A DNA stretch of 64,000 nt from Macrostomum lignano (taxonomy: Eukaryota), in NCBI GenBank assembly GCA_002269645.1, contig NIVC01000153.1:324019-388018 (forward strand). Direction: 5' to 3'. The translations under genes and the position numbers were made by a program. Below are positions 38,219 to 50,319 of this stretch, one piece after another. Each line of letters opens with the position of its first letter. Positions within the stretch are counted from its first letter, which is position 1. The notes below the pieces were generated by a model. It was not told the origin of the DNA. It was given only the letters and a program-made list of their open reading frames with translations, and did not search any database.

Positions 38219-41200
38219 CTAATTGCATCCAGAACCGAACATGTCGTTGATCACATCTCGAACCTGGCCTGTGGCCTGTCTGGCACTGCTGCTCTTGACT
38301 TGAAATTCGCGCGTAGCGCCGCTGAATTGGCGCGGTTTCTGCCAGAGCAGCACGGGCTTGTACCAGCCGGTGTGCAGCAGGCGGTAGGTGCCGGGCCGCG
38401 CGCAGCTCGGAATGTCCCAGTCCAGGTGCGCTAGGCTGTGACCGAGGAGAGCGTTGGTTCTCTGCCAGCGGAATCTGCGGTGCGGGATGCGTATATGTGG
38501 CCTTACTTGTATCTGTCTAGCACATGGTGTCCCTTATGGTCTGAGGGATGCGATTTCATTTATTATACTCAGCAACAGTCAAAAGTTCCACCCTCCAAGA
38601 GAGATGAAAATTTTCTCACTTATTGTGACAACTAACTTCTCACTCATCACAATTCAACCCTCAAGTTACGCAACTAAGCAGCCGCGAGGAAAGGTAAGTT
38701 GATCGAATCTAACGTCAGTCGCACAAAATCATAAGTTTATTTTTTTATGCAATATGAGCACTTAGAATTGCGATGCTTAATAACGCGTATGAGGCGGGCG
38801 CAGTGTAGGATCCCCTTTCACGCAGAACTGCGGCGACTCTGCGGGGCATCCTCAGGATGAGGCGGCGCAGAAAGTCCTGGAGAAGCTGCTGCCAAGCGTT
38901 TTCAATGGCATGACGCAGCTCCGCAACATTCTGTGGTGGATTCTCTTTTCGAATGCTGCGTTTTAGAAAGTCCCACGAGACATGCTCGATGGGATTCATG
39001 TCTGGGGACCGGGAAGGCCAGCGCAGAGTGCTCAGCTGTAGCTGTTCTTTTAGTCGACTAACAGCATCGGCTCGGTGTGGTGGCGCGTTATTGTTATCCT
39101 GGTCAACTCAAGTAGCAATAAGACTCGCGCGTGCCGTAAGTTGCGTCACTCGAAAAGTGAGAAAATTCATCTCGCTTAGAGGGTGGAACTTTTGACTGTT
39201 GCTGAGTATAAACAGGGAACTGCAGAAACATCAAAATTGAGTCAGAACAGCGGCAGAATTGCCAGCTGGAGTCGTCAACGATGCAAACAGGTCGCTTGGA
39301 CAAGTCAGTCTGATCTGTCAGAGTGCGCCGCGTCGATTTGCTCGTCAAGCGAGTCTGATTACAGCACACGTCTCGGAAAATCCGAAATTCATTTGAACAG
39401 ACAGGTGCCAGCGAAGAAAAAGCCTCTCATAGTTGCGTTACCTGGTCTCCACGCATGCGTCGTTGCAGATTTCCTCCCAGTCTCCTGAGCTGTTCTTCCG
39501 CTGCACCATCATGAAACTGCCGCCAAGCATCATATTGTTTCGCGGATGCCCAGTGCGGAAGCTGGCGGACACGGTGTCACCCTGAGACAGAGTGATGTAG
39601 GGTGTAGTTTCAGTAGGATACAAGCGCAACAATAGGTACATTTTACTGTTCATTTCATGAGCAGAGCCGCTAAGATTTAATGTAGCTCTAAAGTACCTGC
39701 TAGGTTCGATCCCTGGGTCTGGACTTGTAAGCTTGTTGTGCGGGTTTGATCCCCGGGTCTGGACCCGTGGCTTGTTGTGCTAGCTTGATCCCCGGGTCTG
39801 GACCTGTGGCTTGTTGTGCGGGTTCGATCCCCGGGTTTGGACCTGTGGCTTGTAGTGTAATTCACACCAATGAGAACAAATTCCAGCGGCTCAGAGAGTG
39901 TACATGCCAGATAGATGATGATAAGGTAAGGACAGCTGTACACTCAGTAGTGGGAGAGTGCGCCTGTGTATTCATCCGTGCGGGTGTTCTTGCATGACTG
40001 CCTGCCTCCTCACTAGCTGCGGATCAATTGTGGCCTTAATTTGCAGGGGTGCCCTCTGTGACTCATACTAATTCACTAACTGTGACTTTCTATTTCGGAT
40101 GCCTACACAAGTTGCAAAACGTTAAGACTGCGCCGAGTTTTTGAAGAAAACAACAATATTCAAAATCGAGCAACCTACAGGCCGATAGGCGACCTTGGGT
40201 TGAGTCACAACGTCTCCAAAATTTCGGCCGATGCCAACAGAGTCGTAAACAATAGGCGTAATGAACGAATAGCTCTTGATCTTGTTGTACAGGTTGGGCA
40301 CCGGAGGTCCGGAATCCACGGACGCGTTGGTTGCCAAGGCCCTGGCTAGCTTGCCAAATTGATCCACGTAGGCTGACAGCGTGTGAGGACCGTAGATTGT
40401 CGAAGCCGCTTCGTAGCGTTGAGCCTGAGGTCGGAGTTGGGGGAGCCGGCGAGGGGTTACTGAGTGATGACCCAGAAAAATCTTTGCTACTGTGGCGGCT
40501 ATTTTGAGGCATGTATAATGCAATCTACGACACTTTGGTTGAACTTTGAAGTATAGTATAAATAAGCATAAGGTACTGGTACCCTCGGTAGGGCATAAAA
40601 AACCTCTGTTTCTAATTGATGATAGATATCGGTAGATACGAGCTATTTGGATGATTTTGGGGGCTGGTCGGCTTGAGAACTGCTTTTAGAAAAGCAAAAT
40701 TTCAGATTTTTTGTGTTTTTCAACTCAGGTACAGATGAATGAGCTCAATATAAAGCAGAAAACTGATTAGAACAAGCTCAGTTTCGAGTTCTTACATTTA
40801 GACACACCACAGCTGCAAAAAGAGCTCCGCAAGAGAGGTAGAAATAGCACCGAATAACTCAAAGCTCACCTGATACTCCTCATATGTGGCTATGTAGCTG
40901 GAGTAGAGGTTTGACAGTCCCGCCAGGATCACCGTGCCATCCGGCATGCCGTTCTGCTCCAGCGCAGCTCTGACCGCATCGCGGACCCGCCGCCCCGACA
41001 TGGTGGTGAACTCGCCGGGCAGGGCCACCAGTGTCAGCGGCCCGATGCGCACCAGCTGCGTCTCTACTATGCTGGGCTGCCACTGGGTTGGGAAGCTCAT
41101 CTGGCAGAGTTTGTGATTCGCCAATCATTCATACACGGGCTAGTAAAGTGCGGCAGAGCATTATACAAACTTTTTTTTGAAATCGACATACCTACAAAAC

Positions 41201-44200
41201 TAGACAGATACCTACCGACAAACTATTTTTAGTATATGGGATTACACCTGCCCAAATAGGCAGCTGTAACCAACAGCTCAGCCGCAGCTATTGCGCGGCG
41301 CATCTGAAGGCTGCGTACGGCTGTTCAGTCCAAGGACTGGGGGGTCGCCGCATAGCCTCAATTACCCCAGCTAATGCTGGCACCCATTTTACAGCTGAGT
41401 GAAAGTGTCTTGCTCAAAGACACAAATTGTTTCGAGTAGGTCAAGAATCGAACTCCCGAGCGGCTGAGCTGTCGGTTGCACATCTGTCCATTACAGCAGA
41501 TGTAATCAATTATTATTGTTATAAGTCGGAGTTCCAGTAACTTTGTATAGGAGAAATATAACAATTTGGCTACTTACGAGAAGCAAGAAAGAATGTAAAA
41601 AACAATTTTATGATCCAAGAAAAACAGTGTCCATTGACAGTTGAGTAAAACTTCGAAATGTTCGTGGTTAAAACCAGCTGATAAAAAAGTAAGAATCGAA
41701 CCTCAATTTCGCACATCACATTGAGAAGCTGGCAAATCCAGAGCTAAGCAGAAATGAGCCAGACTCACGTATCCCGTGTTCAGAAGAATCGGTTTTGGCT
41801 TCTGACAGTCCACCTGCTCGGCACTGGGCTTGCTGAGCACGCTGCGGACGATATTCCAGAACAGGTTGCCGCTTGTGTCGCCCTGGGTGAAGTCGAATCC
41901 ACCCGGACCGTCCGTGGTGCCGGCGGCGAAGCTGAAGCCCATGGCCGGCTTGCAGGTGCGCACCCGCTTTCCGCTCACAGTCAGCTCATAGTTGGTCATG
42001 TCAACGTTCTGATGCACGACGCTGATGCTGTCCACTTGTACCTCTCTGGTGGCTGATTGGAACAGAGACTAAGGGGGGGGGGCGTTGAACATATTAAATG
42101 GACGTAAGTAAAATCCACTATTAACATATAATAGTATTAATATATTAATAGTGATGGTGCTATTCACAAGAGGAAGCTCTGACGCAACGCCTTCGGTGAC
42201 ATCGTCCACGACCAGTGCTGAGGCAATCCATTCCGCTGACTCCTGAGCACACAAGCGCGCCCATACTGTACGCACTCATGCACACGCTCACTCAGGGTGT
42301 ACAGCAGCCCTGACTTTCTAATCGTCAGGCCTGTACACTCTCTGTGCCTTGGGGGTTGGTCCTCATGTGTGCGACAACTTCTTGGACAACTATTCGCACA
42401 CAAGTCCGAAAAATGAATGTGTTTGAGCACGAAATCGAACGAGAGGTCGTGGCGCGAGGGTCAGACGCGCTTTACCGATGAGCAGCTCCTCCACACTTTT
42501 TAATGCACGGAACGTTATAAATAGACCTTCAATGCACAAGTAGCGATAAGATATCGAATAAGAGCCAACTGAATGAATGACCTGCGCAGAGTGAACAAAC
42601 CGACAAGAAGAAACTATCCAGTTACCAGAAAAGTGCCTAATTAAATCAGACTAAACACACGAGCTGCCATGTCAGCACAGCAAATGTCCTCTGAAGCCAC
42701 TGCCAAGCGGAACTTGAAGATGCAGCCCGACTACAACAGAAGCTCCCGCAACCAGGCCAGCTCCCTGCAGCGCTTCAAGCCTTTCATTGACGCTGCTGTG
42801 GCCGCCCACACGTCCGACCTGACCGAATCGCGGGGTCCCTTCGTGATCGCCGACTTCGGCTGCAGCACCGGACTCAACAGCTCCGACGCGGTGTCCCATC
42901 TCATCCGAGAGGTGCGCGCCAAGTACGCCAGCAGCCAGAGCTGCAGCTCGGTGCTCGTTGTGCTCAACGACATGCCCCACAATCAGTGGAGCGTCCTGTT
43001 CGACTTCCTGAACGGAGACCAGCGGTCCTTCCTGAAGCAGCTGCCGGGAGTGTTCGCGGTGACCTCTGGGATCAGCTTCTACAAGCAGGTGGGCACCGTT
43101 TGAGCTCACGGAAGCTGGGAGAAATGAGCAAGACGAGTGAGATGAGGAATCTGAGTGAGATGAGGAATCTGAGTGAGATGAGCAATCTGAGTGAGATGAG
43201 TACACTGAGTGAGATGAGTACACTGAGTGAGATGAGTACACTGAGTGAGATGAGTACACTGAGTGAGATGAGCAATCTGAGTGAGATGAGCAATCTGAGT
43301 GAGATGAACAATCTGAGTGAGATGAGCACACTGAGTGAGATGAGCAATGTAAGTGAGATGAGCAATCTGAGTGAGATGAGCAATCTGAGTGAGATGAGGA
43401 ATCTGAGTGAGATGAGCAATCTGAGTGAGATGAGCAATCTGAGTGAGATGAGCAATCTGAGTGAGATGAGCAATCTGAGTGAGATGAGCAATCTGAGTGA
43501 GATGAGCAATCTGAGTGAGATGAGCAATCTGAGTGAGATGAGCACACTGAGTGAGATGAGAAATCTGAGTGAGATGAGCAATCTGAGATGAACACACTGA
43601 GAGAAATTGCCATATGCTGTTCTGAATAAGAGACTTGGGAGGCTATCACTAAAAGTGCATAGCTCACTCGCGCTACAACAGTTGTCTGTACCTTCCAGGT
43701 GCTGCCACCAAGCAGTCTGCAGATTGGAATCTCCAACATCTGCCTGCACTGGTGCTCTCAGCTACCCACTAAACTGTCCAATCACGGATTCTCTTTGTTC
43801 GGCACCGAAAAGGAGCAGGAAGCGTTCAGGAAGCAGGCAGCCAAGGACTGGGGCAGCTTCCTCCAGGCGAGGTCCAAGGAGCTCGTCAAAGGCGGCGTTA
43901 TTGTCGCGAACTTCCTTTCATCGCAAGACAAGGCCGCCAGCATCTTCGACGAGATCTACAAGTCGGTCGAGGCGCTTCGTTCGCGCGGCGTCATCGAGTC
44001 GGAGGAGCTCGTGAACTTCAACTGTCCCATTTGCTTCCGCTCAGTGGAGGACGTCAGCGAGCCGTCGCAGTACGAGCGGCTTGGCCTGGAGCTGCTGCGG
44101 GCCGAGGCGCTGCCGCAGAGCCGCTCGACTTACTACGAGGACTTCCTGCAGCACGGAGACCTGGACCGGTTCGTCTCTGAGTACGTGAACTCTTGCCGAG

Positions 44201-47200
44201 TCACGTGCGAGTCCACGTTCTCGGACGCGCTGAACGCGGCCCGGTCCGAGGCCGACAAGGCGGCGGTGTGCGCCGAGCTGTGGGTCGAGCACCGAGCTCG
44301 GGTGGCCCGGCAGCCGCGGCTGTTTGAGTTCACTTGGCGAACTGTGGGAGTTGTGCTGCGCAAGCTGTAGGCTGCTGTTTGAGTTCACTTGGCGAACTGT
44401 GGGAGTTGTGGTGCTCAAGCTGTAGGCTGCTGTTTGAGTTCACTTGGCGAACTGTGGGAGTTGTGCTGCTCAAGCTGTAGGCTGCTGTTTGAGTTCACTT
44501 GGCGAACTGTGGGAGTTGTGCTGCTCAAGCTGTAGGCTGCTGTTTGAGTTCACTTGGCGAACTGTGAGAGTTGTGCTGCTCAAGCTGTAGGTTGCTGTTT
44601 GAGTTCACTTGGCGAGCTCTGGGAGTTGTGGTGCTCAAGCTGTAGGTTGCTGTTTGAGTTCACTTGGCGAGCTCTGGGAGTTGTGGTGCTCAAGCTGTAG
44701 GCTGCTGTTTGAGTTCACTTGGCGAACTGTGGGAGTTGTGCTGCTCAAGCTGTAGGCTGCTGTTTGAGTTCACTTGGCGAGCTCTGGGAGTTGTGGTGCT
44801 CAAGCTGTAGGCTGCTGTTTGAGTTCACTTGGCGAACTGTGGGAGTTGTGGTGCTCAAGCTGTAGGCTGCTGTTTGAGTTCACTTGGCGAACTGTGGGAG
44901 TTGTGGTGCTCAAGCTGTAGGCTGCTGTTTGAGTTCACTTGGCGAGCTCTGGGAGTTGTGCTGCTCAAGCTGTAGGTTGCTGTTTGAGTTCACTTGGCGA
45001 ACTGTGGGAGTTGTGCTGCTCAAGCTGTAGGCTGCTGTTTGAGTTCACTTGGCGAACTGTGGGAGTTGTGGTGCTTAAGCTGTAGGCTGCTGTTTGAGTT
45101 CACTTGGCGAACTGTGGGAGTTGTGCTGCTCAAGCTGTAGGCTGCTGTTTGAGTTCACTTGGCGAACTGTGGGAGTTGTGGTGCTCAAGCTGTAGGCTGC
45201 TGTTTGAGTTCACTTGGCGAACTGTGGGAGTTGTGCAATCGCTGCAGTGAAATTTTTCTACTACGTCGAGTGGCTTATTTCATTCTTGGTGATCCAAGAT
45301 CCAAGATCCAAGATTAAATGATCCAATAAATTTATTGATCCAATAAAAAACACCCGGAATAAATTATAGTAGATTCGTATGAGTATGAGACCAAAATAAA
45401 AAGTTTTATCAATTTAGTATCGCTATACTCGTATATATTAGAAATTTCTTAATTTTTAATTTTACCTACCAAGGCCTTGTTAAACTGCCTCTGTCCAATA
45501 ATTCTCGCACTGTCCATCATGTCGCGTCCCGGCCCGAACGCGACGCACTTTTGCGTCCGGCCGCCGCAGGTGCTCGTGAGGATGTCGCAGGGCTCGCCGG
45601 TGTCGATGCACCGCGGTCCAGCCGTGTTCGGGCTGACGTCGCCTTCGTTAGCATTGGAAAACGCGGCTACAAACTTCTGCTTGCCGGGCAGCTGGGCTCC
45701 CCGGGACATGTAGCGCTCGAACAGTTGAGCCGCCCAGCCTTTGTTGTCGCCGCTGATCATTTGGTTGGTGTTGTTGAGGCTGGTGCAGTGCACCGGGAAC
45801 CAGTTTAGCATGCCGAACGGCTCGCCAGTGCTGCCGTCTACCAGCTTCAACAGCTGCATCGTTCGGTCCACGTCGCCCGAGTAGCGAGCCCTCTCGGCTG
45901 CCGGATTCAGCAGGTAGGAGCTGGGGCTGCGGCTCACGCTGCTGTCATTCAGTTCGCCTTCGTTGTAGAACAGGCGGGCGGGTCGGAGAGACAGGTGAGC
46001 CTGCTCGATGCTCTGTAATTTAGTTGGATAGACGGGGCTCGTTCGTCGGGATGCTAAAAGCAGTTCCATGAGAGCTGCTAGCTAAATAATAATAATGACG
46101 TGGGCTGTGACTCCTGACAAGCGGGCGGATACTGTACACAGGCACGCACTCATACACACGCTCCCACTGGGTGTACAGCAGCCCTGACTTTCCAATCGTC
46201 AGGCATGTACACTCCGTCTGTGCCTTGGGGGCTGGCCCTCATGGATGTGAATTTCACGACAACCTCTTGACCAATTTTCGTGCACAAGCCCCAAATGAAC
46301 GCGTTTTGCGCACAGAATCAAACCAAGGGGTCGCGGCGCGAGAGTCAGACACATTTTACGACTACTAGTAGTGAGCTACCAGCTTACACTGGCGATGCCG
46401 TTAGAAAAAGCTTCAAATGTGTCGGACATGTAGCCTAGAGTCGATATCGCATAGAGCGTGTAGCCATGGAAACCGCCGGGACCGGAGTGAGTGTGAATGG
46501 CCGATAGTAGAACGTTCTTCTCCGTATAGGTGTTGCCGAACTTTTTCTTGAGAATTTCCAGCACCTGAATTCGATACAGACAGTTTGAGATTTTGAGAAA
46601 GTCTAAGATACTTGTAAAACTTCTGAGCATTTTTACATTAGTTTAAACAGCAATTGGTCTGTCGGATTATGATACAGTTAACCCGAGTCGGACCCACCCA
46701 TTAGACCTGCACCACCCCTCTCTAGACTGGTGACTGCACCAACCCCTCTCTAGACTGGTGACTGCACCACCCCTCACTAGACTGGTGACCTCACCACCCT
46801 TCTCTAAACTGGTGACTGCACCACCCTTCTATAAACTGGTGACTGCACCACCCTTCTATAAACTGGTGACTGCACCAACCCCTCTCTAGACTGGTGACTG
46901 CACCAACCCCTCTCTAGACTGGTGACTGCACCACCCCCTCTCTAGACTGGTGTGATTGCACCAACCCCTCTCTAGACTGGAGTGATTGCACCAACCCCTG
47001 TTTAGACTGGTGACTGCACCAACGTACGTCTCTAGACAGGTGTGATTGCACCACCAACTCTCTAGACTGGTGATTGCACCAACGTACGTCTCTAGACAGG
47101 TGTGATTGCACCACCCCCTCTCTAGACTGGTGACTGCACCAACCCCTCTAGACTGGTGACTGCACCACCACCTCTCTAGACTGATGACTGCACCAACCCC

Positions 47201-50200
47201 TCTAGACTGATGACTGCACCACCCCTCTCTAGACTGGTGACTGCACCACTCCTCTCTAGACTGGTGTGATTGCACCACCCCTCTCTAGACTGGTGACTGC
47301 ACCAACCCCTCTAGACTGATGACTGCACCACTCCTCTCTAGACTGTTGACTGCACCACCCCCTCTCTAGACTGATGACTGCTCCAACCTCTCTCTAGACT
47401 GGTGACTGCACCACCCCCTCTCTAGACTGGTGACTGCACCACCCTTTCTCTAAACTGATGACTGCACTAACCCCTCTATAGACTGGTGACTGCACCAACC
47501 CCTCTCTAGACTGGTGACTGCACCAACCCCTCTCTAGACTGATGACTGCACCAACCCCTCTCTAGACTGGTGACTGCACCAACCCCTCTATAGACTGGTG
47601 ACTGCACCAACCCCTCTCTAGACTGGTGACTGCACCAACCCCTCTCTAGACTGGTGACTGCACCAACCCCTCTATAGACTGGTGACTGCACCAACCCCTC
47701 TCTAGACTGGTGACTGCACCAACCCCTCTCTAGACTGGTGACTGCACCAACCCCTCTATAGACTGGTGACTGCACCAACCCCTCTCTAGACTGGTGACTG
47801 CACCAACCCCTCTCTAGACTGGTGACTGCACCAACCCCTCTATAGACTGGTGACTGCACCAACCTCTCTCTAGACTGGTGACTGCACCAACCCCTCTCTA
47901 GACTGGTGACTGCACCAACCCCTCTCTAGACTGGTGACTGCACCAACCCCTCTCTAGACTGGTGACTGCACTAACCCCTCTCTAGACTGGTGACTGCACC
48001 AACCCCTCTATAGACTGGTGACTGCACCAACCCCTCTATAGACTGGTGACTGCACCAACCCCTCTCTAGACTGGTGACTGCACCAACCCCTCTCTAGACT
48101 GGTGACTGCTCCAACCTCTCTCTAGACTGGTGACTGCACCACTGAGAACCAAACCCAACCACTTCATACAAGCCAAAGAGAGCCAGCTCACCCGCAGCTT
48201 AACCATCTGGGACACCATCGCCGCGTCCACGTTCACGTAAGCGACTGTCGCACCGAATCGGTCGCGAAACACAAACGCCCTGGCGAACAGGCGGATGTGA
48301 ATTCCGGCTGTCTTTTGCGAAGCCTTGGCGTAGCCCATCTGGAGGAATAGGCGGGGGGTTCGACCACATTCGACACGTCAGAACGTTTGTTTAATAACGA
48401 CCCCTGGTTCGATTCCGTGTGCAAACGCATTCATTTGAAACTTGTGCACGAAAATCTTGTGCACTAAGGGGTTGTCGTGAGATTCGCACCCGTGAGGGCC
48501 AGCCCCCAAGGCACAGAGTGTACATGCCTGACGGTTAGAAAGCCAGGGCCGCTGTACACCCTGTGTGAGCGTGTGCATGAGTGCTGTGCCTGCGTACAGT
48601 ATTGGCTGCCTGCATGCTCTCAAGAGTCAGCGGAATGGGCAGTTGCCCCAGCGCTGGTTGTGGGACCGATGTCGCCGATGACGTTGCGCCATGGTGCCCA
48701 TAGCCCTCCTGCGATTACTGTTATTAATTTTCTACTTTTGTGAGACAGCAGCCTGAGATGAGACGATTAGGAATGTCCATTGTGCTGACCCCTACGCCCG
48801 CAGTCAATCGCTCTCGTTAGGCATGTACACACTCAGTGCCTTGGGGGCTGGCCCTTACAAAAAAGAATCTCATTGTAAGCCCTTATCTAAAGGGGGGCCG
48901 TAGCCCAGCGGTAGCGCAGCTGCTCTGGTGTGCCGCGACCCAGGCTCGATTCCAAGTGCAGTCACATTAATTTGGGGCTGGATTGGAATCTTGGCTTGGC
49001 TCGCTTGTGCAATTAACGACCTTGAGAGCCAACACCCCAAGGCGCAGTGAAGTGTACATGCCTAACGATAAATAAAGTTAAGGCCGCTGTACACTCCTGT
49101 GTGAGTGTGTGCCTGCGTACGTATCCGCGCGCTTGTATGCCTGCTCAGGGGAGTCGGCGGAATGGGCAGTAATGCCTCTCGCCGGTTGTGTGCCTATGTC
49201 GCTTAAAGTGCACACAACCCCCTGCCTCTAATAAAAAAAGCCCTTATCCATGCCACTATCCGGTAAAAGTTGCAAATTCAAGCGGCCGCGCAATGAGTCG
49301 ATACTTACTGTAGGAGTCTCTTCATATTGCTTGTTCTGGTTCTAAAACCAGATCCAATTTGTAAAGTATAACTTTTTAAAGTATTCTAAAGTATAACTAG
49401 AGGAATATTAGTGCTTTAAAATTGTGATTATTGAATGGCAAAAGCCAAGAAGAAAGTAAAAAATTGTGCAAAGTGAGGCTGTTTTAAGGCAGTCAAACAT
49501 TCAACAAAGTTAAATAGTTATACTGCTTTTTTTCTTGGAAATCCGAACTGATTCTGGTTCTGGAATTGATTGCCGTGAAGAGGCTCTAGGTCAAACGCGT
49601 TTTCAGCTAATCCACTCCGCCCCACCCACACTTGCCCCGAATCTCTTCATTGTCATGAAGTGTACACAACTCGCATAAACTGTATCAATATTTCGTTTTT
49701 ATTACACCTGCCCTAATAAGTCAATGTGCAACCGACAGCTCAGCCGCAGCTATTGCGCGGCGCATCTGAAGGCTGCGTGCGGCTGTTCAGTCCAGGGACT
49801 GGGAGATGGCCGCATACCCAGCTAATGCTGGTCACCTATTTTACAGCTTGGGTGAACTGAAGCAGTGCAGAGTTAAGTGTCTTGCTCATTCTCAAGGACA
49901 CAAATTGTTCCGAGTGGGTGGAGAATCGAACCCCCGACGGTTCAGTCGTGAGTCTGGTGCTCTTATACCTACGCTACAACCCCATTGTTACGTGATCCTC
50001 AAGCATAGATCATTCTACCTGCTGCCATATTTCTGCATTCAGAGTCTGGAACCCGCACCACATGCCCTCGCTCACCATGGGAACCTCGCCAGCCGGCCCC
50101 GTGATGTCGGCGACTCCAACTCCGGCCATCAGTCCGCCGCCGCTGGCTCCGCAACCGGTGGAGAACAGGCTGAGCAGGCCGAATGAGATCAGGCAGAGCC

Positions 50201-50228
50201 AAGCAGACAGCTGGCTACGGCAGGTCAT
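38219..50228 (-). CDS. ASAH2: Neutral/alkaline non-lysosomal ceramidase. Exons 50228-50076, 48338-48192, 46564-46388, 46012-45470, 42068-41769, 41100-40870, 40424-40179, 39581-39442, 38474-38219
   Basis: Signal peptide; GVGVADITGP..MMGYA; RLFARAF; SAIHTHSGPGG (Zn motif); NWFPVHCTSLNNTN; NEGDVSPN; GFSFAAGTTDGPG; PGEFTTMSGRR; GLSNLYSSYIATYEEY..QRYEAASTIYGPHTL. All junctions are GT-AG and in phase. Confidence 0.95.
38564..39210 (-). mobile_element. Tc1-family deletion derivative with terminal inverted repeats (TATACTCAGCAACAGTCAAAAGTTCCACCCTC...), intronic in ASAH2
   Basis: 38564-38620 is inverted relative to 39155-39210. Internal PDMNPIEH..W..LKR..W..L..RMPRRVAAV Tc1 C-terminal motif. Confidence 0.85.
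39703..39855 (+). repeat. Four tandem copies of a 39 bp unit containing GGTTCGATCCC (Pol III B-box-like)
   Basis: Directly visible. Confidence 0.75.
41241..41500 (-). mobile_element. SINE family B (CORE/MIR-like) copy
   Basis: CCCATTTTACAGCTGAGTG..AAGTGTCTTGCTCAAAGACACA resembles the reverse complement of the CORE domain; B-box GAATCGAAC; homologous to 49701-49985. Confidence 0.75.
42175..42470 (-). mobile_element. SINE family A, near full-length copy with tRNA-like head
   Basis: Minus strand reads TGCTCATCGGTAAAGCGC (A-box-like) ... CGTTCGATTTC (B-box), followed by the family A body. Confidence 0.8.
42669..44370 (+). CDS. SAM-dependent carboxyl methyltransferase, SABATH/Methyltransf_7-like. 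Exons 42669-43088 and 43699-44370; nested antisense in an ASAH2 intron
   Basis: YNRSSRNQ, IADFGCSTGLNS (SAM motif), VVLNDMPHNQWSVLF, GISFYKQV|LPPSS, SNICLHWCSQLP, QAAKDWGSFLQARSKELVKGG are characteristic of this family. Confidence 0.88.
43130..43590. repeat. 18 bp minisatellite (CTGAGTGAGATGAGCAAT) in the methyltransferase intron
   Basis: Directly visible. Confidence 0.95.
44320..45236 (+). repeat. 55 bp tandem array duplicating the last codons and stop of the methyltransferase (about 16 copies)
   Basis: Unit GCTGCTGTTTGAGTTCACTTGGCGAACTGTGGGAGTTGTG(C/G)TGCTCAAGCTGTAG matches the coding end LFEFTWRTVGVVLRKL*. Confidence 0.95.
46125..46375 (-). mobile_element. SINE family A copy with B-box
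   Basis: Minus strand GGTTTGATTCT B-box plus family A body. Confidence 0.75.
46705..48142. repeat. 28 bp minisatellite (CTAGACTGGTGACTGCACCAACCCCTCT)
   Basis: Directly visible. Confidence 0.96.
48390..48720 (+). mobile_element. SINE family A copy
   Basis: GGTTCGATTCC B-box followed by full body and tail. Confidence 0.8.
48893..49230 (+). mobile_element. tRNA-derived SINE (family A variant) with intact A and B boxes
   Basis: TAGCCCAGCGGT (A-box, 48901-48912) and GGCTCGATTCC (B-box, 48943-48953), followed by a body related to family A. Confidence 0.8.
49701..49985 (-). mobile_element. SINE family B (CORE/MIR-like) copy
   Basis: CCTATTTTACAGCTTGGGTGAACTG..GAGTTAAGTGTCTTGCTC..AAGGACACA plus GGAGAATCGAACC (B-box on minus strand). 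Confidence 0.8.
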
Positions 50229-50319
50229 GACTGAAGCAGCTGTCTGGATGAACAAGTCTGAATTGAGGTGGGGTCAAGATATAGCTTGTAGTAAGTCACA
50301 GATATTCCAACTGTAAATT

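Noticed and set aside
44371-45236. CRISPR-like array (also considered for 46705-48142 and 50320-51845)
   Set aside because: Units are head-to-tail with no unique spacers, there are no cas genes, and the context is eukaryotic.
48893-48965. Functional tRNA gene
   Set aside because: A and B boxes are present, but there is no convincing acceptor stem or anticodon arm, and it continues into the SINE body.
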